Source of the DNA: Minisyncoccia bacterium
Lineage (GTDB): Bacteria; Patescibacteriota; Minisyncoccia; UBA6257; 2-01-FULL-56-20
Direction: 5' to 3'
Assembly (NCBI GenBank): GCA_049997875.1
Contig: JBEKRC010000001.1
Span: 236,609 to 300,608 of the forward strand
Length of the DNA: 64,000 nt
This document shows positions 38,753 through 46,983 of the stretch, one piece after another. Each line of letters starts with the position of its first letter. Positions within the stretch are counted from its first letter, which is position 1. A model generated the notes under the pieces. It searched no databases. It saw only the letters and a program-made list of their open reading frames with translations, and was not told the origin of the DNA. The position numbers and the translations under genes are program-made.

Positions 38753-38803
38753 ATTAAAAAATTATTAAAGAAAGCTTGCAATTGTTCCTTTTTTCATTAC
38801 GAT
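38753..38803 (+). promoter_or_regulatory. Promoter with conserved 17-bp upstream element
   Basis: ATTAAAAAATTATTAAA-6 nt-TTGCAA-16 nt-TACGAT. Confidence 0.65.
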
Positions 38804-38840
38804 GAAAGCACGTCGAGAAAATAAAAAAGATTTTATCAAG

Positions 38841-39077
38841 ATGACCGTTGCAAATCTCATGAAGCAGGCGGAGAAAGTGCGCATCACCCAGGTTGGGAAA
38901 AAGCGGATCGCGACCATGCCCGCGAAGATATGGGAGGAAATCGAAGATTGTCTTGAAGAACTTGCGTGGAGCCAGTCGCCGCGTTTCATCGCGAAGATAA
39001 AGCAGGCGCGTGAAGACATTAAAAAGGGGCGATATGCTACTCTTGAAGAGGTCAGAAGCCGGCTTCTTAAAAAATGA
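38841..39077 (+). CDS. Type II antitoxin (Phd/RelB-like); start may be 38802
   Basis: WEEIEDCLEE...IKQAREDIKKGR..TLEEV; directly upstream of relE-like gene. Confidence 0.7.
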   Translation: MTVANLMKQAEKVRITQVGKKRIATMPAKIWEEIEDCLEELAWSQSPRFIAKIKQAREDIKKGRYATLEEVRSRLLKK

Positions 39078-39328
39078 TATCGCTTCATGATTATAACGGC
39101 ACACGCAGAGGAAGATCTGCGGAGTTTTCCTGCCGACGTCCAAGAAAGGATTTTGTCTAAACTCGCTTTTTACATTGCTTCCGATAATCCGCTTGTCTTT
39201 GCAAGAAAACTTCATGGCAGCTATTTGGGCCACTATCGATTTCGCGTGGGCGAGTACCGCGTTATATTGATTTGATTGAAGGCAACATTCATGTTCTTGC
39301 GGTTGAGCATCGGAAAGATGCATATTGA
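39074..39328 (+). pseudogene. RelE/ParE toxin, frameshifted
   Basis: YRFRVGEYRVI then stop; C-terminal IHVLAVEHRKDAY lies in another frame. Confidence 0.7.
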
Positions 39329-39440
39329 AACCGTCGCCGCAAAAGCTTGACGGGCGTCTCTCGCGGTGCTATACTCCCCACAATGCCTCCGAATGCCGCA
39401 GATATAGCGGTATTTTATTTAGGGGGGTATAGTGATTACT

Positions 39441-39629
39441 ATGTTTGCACGCATCAAACATTTTTTTGCGGAGTCGCGGCAGGAGCTGCGGCATGTGAAC
39501 TGGCCGACACGCCAGGAGGCCGTGCGGCTCACAATGATCGTGATCGGCATTTCTCTCGGCATCGCTGCGTTCCTCGGCTTGTGCGATTATCTTTTTACCA
39601 ACGTCATTAAAGCATTGATTACCCGCTAA
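39441..39629 (+). CDS. secE: Preprotein translocase SecE
   Basis: ELRHVNWPTRQE + TM. Confidence 0.93.
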   Translation: MFARIKHFFAESRQELRHVNWPTRQEAVRLTMIVIGISLGIAAFLGLCDYLFTNVIKALITR

Positions 39630-39630
39630 C

Positions 39631-40203
39631 ATGGCATTATATCCTTCGCGTCCCGGCATGCACAGCGAGAAGACAAAATCGCGGCAATGGTATGCGGTGC
39701 AGACGTATTCCGGCTACGAGGAAGCGGTGGCGCGTTATTTGAAACAACGCGTGGAGTCATTGGAGATGGGCGACAAGATATTCAATATTCTGGTTCCGAA
39801 GGAAAAGACGATCAGGGTGAAGGGCGGCAAGCGTCAGACCATTGAGGAAAAGATCTATCCGGGCTATGTGCTCGTGGAGATGATCCTTTCCGAGGATTCG
39901 TGGTACGTGGTGCGGAATACGCCGCGCGTGACAGGTTTCGTCGGTCCCGACAATACGACGCCGACGCCGCTTTCTAAGGAAGAGGTGGATCAATTGCTCG
40001 CGCGCACGGGCGCTGCCGAAGGCAAGATGATTCTTGACCTCAAAGTGGGCGATTTGGTAAAAATAACCGACGGGCCGTTCAAGGACTACGACGGCAAGAT
40101 TGCGGAAGTGAACGAAGAAAAGGGAAGCGTCAAGGTGCTTGTGCCGATCTTTGGACGCGATACCGCGGTTGAGCTGGATTCTTTGCAAGTAAAGAAAGTA
40201 TAA
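39631..40203 (+). CDS. nusG: Transcription factor NusG (start may be 39658)
   Basis: WYAVQTYSGYE, YPGYVLVEM, VRNTPRVTGF, KOW domain. Confidence 0.97.
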   Translation: MALYPSRPGMHSEKTKSRQWYAVQTYSGYEEAVARYLKQRVESLEMGDKIFNILVPKEKTIRVKGGKRQTIEEKIYPGYVLVEMILSEDSWYVVRNTPRVTGFVGPDNTTPTPLSKEEVDQLLARTGAAEGKMILDLKVGDLVKITDGPFKDYDGKIAEVNEEKGSVKVLVPIFGRDTAVELDSLQVKKV

Positions 40204-40208
40204 CTATC

Positions 40209-40412
40209 ATGCCCCAACAGTGTTTTTTCTGCTCGCAGAATTTGAAGAACGTTGATTATAAGGAGGTGGATCTCCTGCGGCGTTTTGTTTCAAGTCAGGC
40301 GAAGATCATTGATCCGCGCCATACGGGCGTTTGCGCAAAGCACCAGCGGAAACTTGCGCAGGCGATCAAACGTGCGCGGTACATGGGCCTTTTGGCCTAC
40401 GTTGCCAAGTAG
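40209..40412 (+). CDS. rpsR: 30S ribosomal protein S18 (Zn-binding form)
   Basis: CFFC, VDYK, TGVCAKHQR, IKRAR. Confidence 0.95.
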   Translation: MPQQCFFCSQNLKNVDYKEVDLLRRFVSSQAKIIDPRHTGVCAKHQRKLAQAIKRARYMGLLAYVAK

Positions 40413-40444
40413 CCTGCTCAGCAGATGTGCTTTAATTAAGGGGT

Positions 40445-41008
40445 ATGGCCGCATTCAACCAAGCGCTTTTTCAGCTTGTCCATCAGTTCGCCGGCCGGAA
40501 TTTTTTCCTTGATGATCTCGGCATCTTTCTTGCGGAGTATCTGCCGTATCTCCTCGTGGCGGCTTTTTTGGTGCTTGCGTGGTACGAAAACGGCTGGCGG
40601 AAAAAGTTCTACCTGTTCGCCGAGGGTGCGATCGCCGTCATGCTCTCGCGTGGATTACTCACCGAGATCATCCGTTTTTTTTACCATCACGAGCGTCCAT
40701 TCTCGTTTTATAATTTCGCGCCGCTCATCGCGGAATCCGGTTGGTCTTTTCCCTCGGGACATATGGCATGGTTTTTCGCGCTCTCGCTCACCGTGTGGTA
40801 CGCGAACCGGAAATGGGGATGGTGGTTCTTCGGGCTTTCCGCGCTCACGGGCATTGCGCGCATCTACGTCGGCATCCACTGGCCGCTTGATATTCTGGGT
40901 GGCGTGCTCGTTGGCCTTGCCTCGGCGTGGTTCGTGCACTGGCTGCTTGGAAAAAGCAGGAAAGCATTGTACGAGGAGCGCGAGCCCGCGGCCGCTACGG
41001 CACAGTGA
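40445..41008 (+). CDS. PAP2 phosphatase (BcrC-like undecaprenyl pyrophosphate phosphatase)
   Basis: RP, SFPSGH, ARIYVGIHWPLD. Confidence 0.9.
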   Translation: MAAFNQALFQLVHQFAGRNFFLDDLGIFLAEYLPYLLVAAFLVLAWYENGWRKKFYLFAEGAIAVMLSRGLLTEIIRFFYHHERPFSFYNFAPLIAESGWSFPSGHMAWFFALSLTVWYANRKWGWWFFGLSALTGIARIYVGIHWPLDILGGVLVGLASAWFVHWLLGKSRKALYEEREPAAATAQ

Positions 41009-41024
41009 TTTTCTGTGTAATGCA

Positions 41025-42119
41025 CTAAGACCGCCCGGTTTCTTTCCCGACCGCTTCGCTTATATGCGAGTAGCCGTCGCGCGCGAGGAGCGTGACGAGC
41101 CCTTTATTTATCTTTTTCACGGCTGTTGGTCCTCCGTAGATGAGGCCGGTGATGATCTGTACGAGCGAGGCGCCCGCCTTTATTTTTTCATAGGCATCCT
41201 CCGCGGTGAAGATTCCGCCAAGTCCTATGATGACGTACTCCCCCCGGGTCGCGCGGTAGATGTGGCGGATGAGGCCCGTCGCAAGTTCGCGGATCGGTTT
41301 CCCCGAAATGCCGCCCGCGGGGATGAGGTCAAGCCGTTTCTTCGGTGACTTGAACGCGAGGATGTCGCGCCGTTTTGAGAGATTGCCGACGACGAACCCG
41401 TCCACGAAAGAATATTTTTTGACGACCGCAAGGATTTCGTCCACTTCTTTTTCCGTGAGATGATTAGAAATTTTGAGGAGCACCGGGCACGGTTTTTTTT
41501 CTTTTGCAATTGCCGCGAGCAGCTCGTCCAGCAATTTCGGATCTTGGAACATGCAGCCATCCTGGGCGTTCGGGCAGGAAACATTGAGTGTCACGTACGA
41601 AAAATATTTTCCGAGCATCCGGTAGGTCGCTGCATAATCTTCAACCGATTTCTCTCCTTTGATGTCGGCGCGGTTTGTTTTCGCGATGTTCACGCCCACA
41701 GGTATCGCGAAAGGCAGGCGCTGCAGTTTTTTAAGAATGGCTTCCGCCCCGATGTTTTTCAAACCGTAATAGACGATGAGCGATTGGTCGGCCGGGAGGC
41801 GGGCGAGCCGGAGGCCCTTGTTCCCTTCATAGGGATGATGCGTCACCGCGCCAACCTCCATGAAGCCGAATCCGACCGACGGCATGATCCCCGTGAGGCG
41901 TACGTCTTTGTCAAACCCCGCCGCAAGCCCGACGGGATTTTTGAAATCAATGCCGAGCACCCGCGTGCGGAGCGCAGGATGATCGTATTCGCAAAAAGCG
42001 CCCGTGAGGCGGCGCGTGAGAGAAAACTTTCCAAGCGTTTCGCCGAACGCTACAAAAAAATCATGCACCCCTTCCGGATCAAAACGGAAAAGGATCGGCT
42101 TCAGGATGCGCTCATACAT
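41025..42119 (-). CDS. pyrD: Dihydroorotate dehydrogenase, quinone-dependent (class 2)
   Basis: NPVGLAAGFDK, NVSCPN, GGISG, GASLVQ. Confidence 0.93.
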   Translation of the reverse strand: MYERILKPILFRFDPEGVHDFFVAFGETLGKFSLTRRLTGAFCEYDHPALRTRVLGIDFKNPVGLAAGFDKDVRLTGIMPSVGFGFMEVGAVTHHPYEGNKGLRLARLPADQSLIVYYGLKNIGAEAILKKLQRLPFAIPVGVNIAKTNRADIKGEKSVEDYAATYRMLGKYFSYVTLNVSCPNAQDGCMFQDPKLLDELLAAIAKEKKPCPVLLKISNHLTEKEVDEILAVVKKYSFVDGFVVGNLSKRRDILAFKSPKKRLDLIPAGGISGKPIRELATGLIRHIYRATRGEYVIIGLGGIFTAEDAYEKIKAGASLVQIITGLIYGGPTAVKKINKGLVTLLARDGYSHISEAVGKETGRS

Positions 42120-42570
42120 GGTGTTCTGTGGCGGGGCGTTCTACGGTTGGGGAGGCAGTGGAAGCTACGGCGGCGCGGGATTTTCGAAGGCCCACGAGCG
42201 CAGTCACAAAAATGGCGATGTAAAAGATGAGGCCGTACGCGCAGGTGGAGAGACCGAGCGTTCCCGTAACGTGCGCTGCCGCGATTTCCTGGACGACAAA
42301 GCTGCCTGCGAATATGATGCCGAGGAGCGATACTGCCGCATCCGCCTTACACAGTGCGACGAGGGGCAACTTCCGCGTGAGTCCTATGCCCGTCACGATG
42401 AACATAAAAAGATACATGGAGAATCCGTACCAACAGGCGGGGTAGCCAAGAAAGTACGGGCATGATTCGTTGAATGCGCAGGCACCGGAGAAAAGTTTTA
42501 CGGCGCTCAAGTAGCCGGAAAAAAGCAGCCCTGCCGAGATAAAGACGAAGAGGATAACTATGATTTTCAT
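42112..42570 (-). CDS. Cys-containing 4-TM membrane protein (VKOR/DsbB-like)
   Basis: C-x5-C loop, FLGYPAC, STCAYG; overlaps pyrD start. Confidence 0.5.
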   Translation of the reverse strand: MKIIVILFVFISAGLLFSGYLSAVKLFSGACAFNESCPYFLGYPACWYGFSMYLFMFIVTGIGLTRKLPLVALCKADAAVSLLGIIFAGSFVVQEIAAAHVTGTLGLSTCAYGLIFYIAIFVTALVGLRKSRAAVASTASPTVERPATEHHV

Positions 42571-42642
42571 GGTTCCATTATACTCCCTTCGCGCCTCGCG
42601 TGCGAATTCAAAGACGCGACGGCGCTGTGGTAAAATTGAGAG

Positions 42643-43071
42643 ATGACACTCTCACGGCTCGTCCGGCCGTCGCGCAGTGCAGCCCGCATGATAGGCCGCC
42701 TTGTCCCCCAGCTTTCTTCCTCGCGGAAGGCGGCGTTATCGTACGCCGCGCTCCGCGCAATCACGCGCGATCGGAATGTCCACCTTATTGTTTTGAAAGA
42801 CGGCGGGAACATCGTCGGGACGGGGACGCTTGTCCTTATGCCGACCATCCTTGGGATCCGCGCGCGGATAGAAGATGTGATTGTGGATGCGGCATACCGC
42901 CGCAGGGGTTTGGGGGGACGCTTGGTGCGGTGCCTCATCGCTATTGCGAAGAAAAAGAAGGCGCGCAACATAGAACTTTCAAGTCGCGCCGAGCGGATTG
43001 CGGCCCACAAGCTCTATCTGAAGCACGGCTTCAAGGAGAAAGAGACGAATATCTATGTGCTCAAGCTCTAG
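42643..43071 (+). CDS. GNAT N-acetyltransferase
   Basis: IEDVIVD..YRRRGLG, LYLKHGF. Confidence 0.9.
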   Translation: MTLSRLVRPSRSAARMIGRLVPQLSSSRKAALSYAALRAITRDRNVHLIVLKDGGNIVGTGTLVLMPTILGIRARIEDVIVDAAYRRRGLGGRLVRCLIAIAKKKKARNIELSSRAERIAAHKLYLKHGFKEKETNIYVLKL

Positions 43072-43078
43072 GCGCTGA

Positions 43079-43471
43079 ATGAGGTCCAACTTCCTTTTCA
43101 AGATAGAGGGCGCCGTGCAGAGAGGAGACAGGGAAGGGAGCAAACTTGGATTCCCAACGGCAAACATTGGTACGGCACAATCCGTGCCGAGCGGCATTTA
43201 CGCGGGAGAGGCAACGTGGAAAGGGACCGTGTATCCCGCGGCGATTTACAAAGAGGATGGACGAAATGTGGTTGAGGCACACCTCATTGATTTTTCCGGC
43301 GAGTTGTACGGTGAGCAGCTCATTGTCGTTGCGTATAAAAAAATACGGGAGGTGAAAAAATTCAAAAACACGGAAGAACTCATCGCGGCCATTACGAGCG
43401 ATGTCAAAAAGATCAAACAGTGGTGGTTCCTATCCCGCGACCTCCACGCCGCCCGCGGCGATCGGAACTAG
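43079..43471 (+). CDS. Stand-alone riboflavin kinase (RibF C-terminal domain only)
   Basis: LGFPTAN, GIY, EAHLIDFSGELYG, IRE.KKF. Confidence 0.88.
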   Translation: MRSNFLFKIEGAVQRGDREGSKLGFPTANIGTAQSVPSGIYAGEATWKGTVYPAAIYKEDGRNVVEAHLIDFSGELYGEQLIVVAYKKIREVKKFKNTEELIAAITSDVKKIKQWWFLSRDLHAARGDRN

Positions 43472-44395
43472 CTCGGCGTCGGTCGCGTCCGCTTTTGCGT
43501 TGCTGCCCGTGAGCTTGAAGACGGCGAAGAGAAGCACCGCGATGCCTGCGATTTGCATTGGCGCAAGCATAGCACTCAAAAAAATCCAGTTCACGACCAC
43601 GGCCGCCATGGGGAATCCGAGCTCGGCGATCGTCGCGACGGACGCCTTCGTATACGCAAGGCCTTTGTAGTAGATCAAAAGCGAAACGACGCCGGAGGCG
43701 ACGGCAATAATAAGAATAAAAAGCGCGTCTTTCGGGGAGAACTGGCCGGGAGCGGGAAACGACCGTTGCCAGAAATTCAGGAGGAGAAGAAACAGGAACC
43801 CGAACGCGAAGCGCAGGCCGGTCATGAGCCTGAAATCAATTTCGCGAAGGACGTATTTCCCAAGCACGGTTGAGGCGCCCCAGAGGAGCGCGGCGAAAAG
43901 CGCGAGCCCCACACCCAGAAGATTGGGATTCAATCCTCCGCCGAAGGAAACTTGCGGATTAAGATCGGGGAACGAAATAAGATAGGCGCCCGCAATCGCG
44001 ACCACTGCCCAGAGCCAGAATTTTTTACCAAGCTGTTCTTTGAGAAGTGCGGCTGCGAGTGCGATCGCGATCAGGGGCTGCAATTTTTGGAGCAGGATCG
44101 CGACCGACGGATTGAGGTAATGGAAGGCCTGCGTATAGGCCACCGACGCGAGCGCGCTCCCGCCTATGCCGATCGCGAGCGCCGCGAGCCACCCCTTCCA
44201 CGAAAGTTTTTTGATGCCCGCGAAGCCCGCGATGAGGATCGGAAGGAGAACAAGTATATCCACCGTGTGCTCGGCGAGGACAATAAAGTTGCTGCTCAGC
44301 CCTTTTGTGAGGTAGAGACGGAACGGCGCGTCCGTCGCCCAAAGCATTGCGGCGAAGAACACGAGATAGGGGCCGGTTTTTTTAGTGATACGCAA
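43430..44395 (-). CDS. EamA/DMT family transporter
   Basis: About ten TMs in two repeats; ILLQKLQP, ATIAELGFP. Confidence 0.88.
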   Translation of the reverse strand: MRITKKTGPYLVFFAAMLWATDAPFRLYLTKGLSSNFIVLAEHTVDILVLLPILIAGFAGIKKLSWKGWLAALAIGIGGSALASVAYTQAFHYLNPSVAILLQKLQPLIAIALAAALLKEQLGKKFWLWAVVAIAGAYLISFPDLNPQVSFGGGLNPNLLGVGLALFAALLWGASTVLGKYVLREIDFRLMTGLRFAFGFLFLLLLNFWQRSFPAPGQFSPKDALFILIIAVASGVVSLLIYYKGLAYTKASVATIAELGFPMAAVVVNWIFLSAMLAPMQIAGIAVLLFAVFKLTGSNAKADATDAELVPIAAGGVEVAG

Positions 44396-44454
44396 TTTTT
44401 GGATTATACCATGCTAATGCTGCTGTGTTCGCGCTGCCACGCTTACCCTGCTGC

Positions 44455-45567
44455 TCAAACAGGAAGATCGCGAAGCGCCTCGCAAAGCTTCGCTACTTGC
44501 TCTTTGGTATGACTCGGGAAATTCCCGATTCTTATTTGGGATTCTTTTTGGGCGCCGTAGCCGCTGGCGATCACAAATCCTTTTTGCTTTAACGCTTCTA
44601 TGATCTCTTTTGAGCCCTGTTTGGCCTCGGCGACCGCGACTGTCTGCGACCGAATTTTTTTATTGCGGATGGTGAGAGTGAGCGGGGGATATTTTTCAAG
44701 CGCGGCATAGATCAACGCGGCTTTTTCTTTGGTCTCAGCCCGCAGCGCGGGAATGCCGCGCGCAAGAAAATCAAGGCATACCTCGTTCAAAAGATACATG
44801 CCGAGAACATTGGGGGTTTCGGGCGTTTGATGCCTTTTCGCATGTTTTTGAAGATTGGCGAATGAATGGAATGAGCCGGTATACTGTCCGCCGCCCGAAT
44901 CGGTGCGTTGCGCTTCAATCTGCTCTGCCTTCCGGATCGCCCTCGGGCTCACGAATATCGCGGCGAGGCCCGCAGGCAATCCGAAACCTTTTTGCACGGA
45001 AAAGAAAATGCAGTCAAATTTGGCGCAATCTATTTCGCTTGTCGGTGCGGAAGAAACGATGTCAAGGGCAAGGAGCGCGTCGGGAAATGCGGTCCGCACC
45101 GTTTCCTGGAAGTCGCGGGGGAGCGTCGTGCCGTTGCTTGTTTCGTTGTGCGTAAGGCAGACGAGCTCCGGCTGCACGCCCGCGCCCGGAGGCACGCGGT
45201 CAAGAGAAAAAGATTGATCATCGTTCGGCGGGACCGCGACCGCTGCCCTGCCGTTCGCTTGCGCGATCTCAAAAAACTTTTTTGAGAATACCCCATTTAC
45301 GAAATGCAGCGTACCCTTTTCGGAACAATTTTGGACGGTGCGTTCCATGAACTCCGTCGCCGAGGCGGCGAAGAACACCGCATAATCCCCGGGCACCGCA
45401 AAAAGTTTTTTCAGATTTTCCGAAAGGTCGGCGTAGAGTTTGCAAAATCGTTCACTGCGATGCGAAATAGAGCCGATCGCCTCCTGGTTCGCCCTGCCGA
45501 TGAAGGTTTCAAACTTCGGATGCAACTGGCTGGGGCCGACGGTGAAATAAACGGGGTTCGTGGTCAT
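44455..45567 (-). CDS. serC: Class V aminotransferase, phosphoserine aminotransferase-like
   Basis: FTVGPS, SHRS, HNETSNG, FSVQKGFG; cotranscribed with serA. Confidence 0.82.
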   Translation of the reverse strand: MTTNPVYFTVGPSQLHPKFETFIGRANQEAIGSISHRSERFCKLYADLSENLKKLFAVPGDYAVFFAASATEFMERTVQNCSEKGTLHFVNGVFSKKFFEIAQANGRAAVAVPPNDDQSFSLDRVPPGAGVQPELVCLTHNETSNGTTLPRDFQETVRTAFPDALLALDIVSSAPTSEIDCAKFDCIFFSVQKGFGLPAGLAAIFVSPRAIRKAEQIEAQRTDSGGGQYTGSFHSFANLQKHAKRHQTPETPNVLGMYLLNEVCLDFLARGIPALRAETKEKAALIYAALEKYPPLTLTIRNKKIRSQTVAVAEAKQGSKEIIEALKQKGFVIASGYGAQKESQIRIGNFPSHTKEQVAKLCEALRDLPV

Positions 45568-45573
45568 TGGATA

Positions 45574-46821
45574 TCAGTATAAAATCCTCGCCTTGATGGT
45601 GTGCGGCACGGCCTTGAGCGCGGCAATAACTTCGTTCCCGTGGGTGCTCTCAATATCCGTGATCGTGTAGCCGATCGTTTCCGTGGTTTTCAGATATTGC
45701 CCGACAATGTTGATTTTGTGCGCGGCGAAAATTTCGTTCACGCGCGCGAGCATGCCCGGGATATTTTCATGGATGTGAATGATGCGATGGGCTTTCTTCA
45801 AAAGCGGCAGCCGGACATTGGGGAAATTGACGGACATACTGGTATCGCCGGTGTTCACGTAGTCAATGACGCGGCCAGCGACATAGCCGGCGATGTTCTT
45901 CTGCGCCTCTTCAGTGCTGCCGCCGATATGCGGGGTGAGAATCACGTTCGGGAGTCCCTGCAGGGGGCTTGTGAACGGGTCGGCGTTGCCTTTGGGTTCC
46001 TCGGGGAACACGTCCACGGCGGCGCCCGCTAAGTGACCCGCGGTAAGGTGCCTCGCGAGCGCATCAAGGTTCACGACGTGACCGCGGCTGATATTCACGA
46101 GATACGAACCGGGCCGCATGCGTGCGAGCTCTTTCTCTCCGATCAAATTTTTATTTTCGGCACGGCCGTCAACGTGTAACGAAACGACGTCGGATTTTCG
46201 GAGGAGTTCCGCGAGCGTCTTGCATCGTTTCGCGTTTCCAAGGGCCAGCTTTTCTTCAATATCGTAGAAATACACTTCCATGCCGAGCGCTTCGGCGAGG
46301 ACCGAGAGCTGCGACCCGATGTTGCCATATCCCACAATGCCCAGACGCTTGCCGCGCGCCTCAAAACTGCCAGAAGCACTTTTGTTCCAAGTTCCCGCAT
46401 GGAGTTGTACGCTTTTGTCAAAAACTTTTCTCAAAAGCATCAGTATTTCGCCGAGCGCGAGTTCCACGACGCTGCGGCTGTTCGCATACGGCGCATTAAA
46501 AACGGCAACGCCCCGCTTGTCGCATTCGGCGAAGTCAATTTGGTTTGTCCCAATACAGAATGCTCCTATCGCAAGGAGGCGCGGAGCCGCGGCAAGAATG
46601 TGGCCGGTGATCTTGGTTTTTGAGCGAATGCCTAAAATCCGAACATCGGCAAGTTCTTTCACGAGGTCCGCTTCATCCAGCGCCCGATCCGCGGTCTTTA
46701 CGGGATATCCTTCGGCAGAAAATGTTTTTGCCGCGTCCGCGTGGATATTTTCCAAAAGCAAAACCTTGATCTTGCTTTTGGGGTAGGAGGTCTTTTTCGC
46801 GGTGCCGTTTGTCCCTTCCAT
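45574..46821 (-). CDS. serA: D-3-phosphoglycerate dehydrogenase with ACT domain
   Basis: GIRSKT, FCIGTNQ, GYGNIG, LTPHIGGST, ACT C-terminus. Confidence 0.95.
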   Translation of the reverse strand: MEGTNGTAKKTSYPKSKIKVLLLENIHADAAKTFSAEGYPVKTADRALDEADLVKELADVRILGIRSKTKITGHILAAAPRLLAIGAFCIGTNQIDFAECDKRGVAVFNAPYANSRSVVELALGEILMLLRKVFDKSVQLHAGTWNKSASGSFEARGKRLGIVGYGNIGSQLSVLAEALGMEVYFYDIEEKLALGNAKRCKTLAELLRKSDVVSLHVDGRAENKNLIGEKELARMRPGSYLVNISRGHVVNLDALARHLTAGHLAGAAVDVFPEEPKGNADPFTSPLQGLPNVILTPHIGGSTEEAQKNIAGYVAGRVIDYVNTGDTSMSVNFPNVRLPLLKKAHRIIHIHENIPGMLARVNEIFAAHKINIVGQYLKTTETIGYTITDIESTHGNEVIAALKAVPHTIKARILY

Positions 46822-46983
46822 AAAACCATTTTACCCTATCGCGCGGATTTTGAAACTGGCTTGCGCCGGCTCGGTCGGGACAGTTTTGTGCCAAACTCTC
46901 CTGCGGGAGCGGGCCGACGCTAGCCAGCCTCGAAACCTCTTTTGCAGAAAACTGCTGAATTCCACCATGTTATGATATAGGAG

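Noticed and set aside
46880-46958. Imperfect hairpin CAGTTTT..AAAACTG between serA and the Cache gene as a riboswitch
   Set aside because: No recognisable aptamer and no second copy in the window; not enough support.
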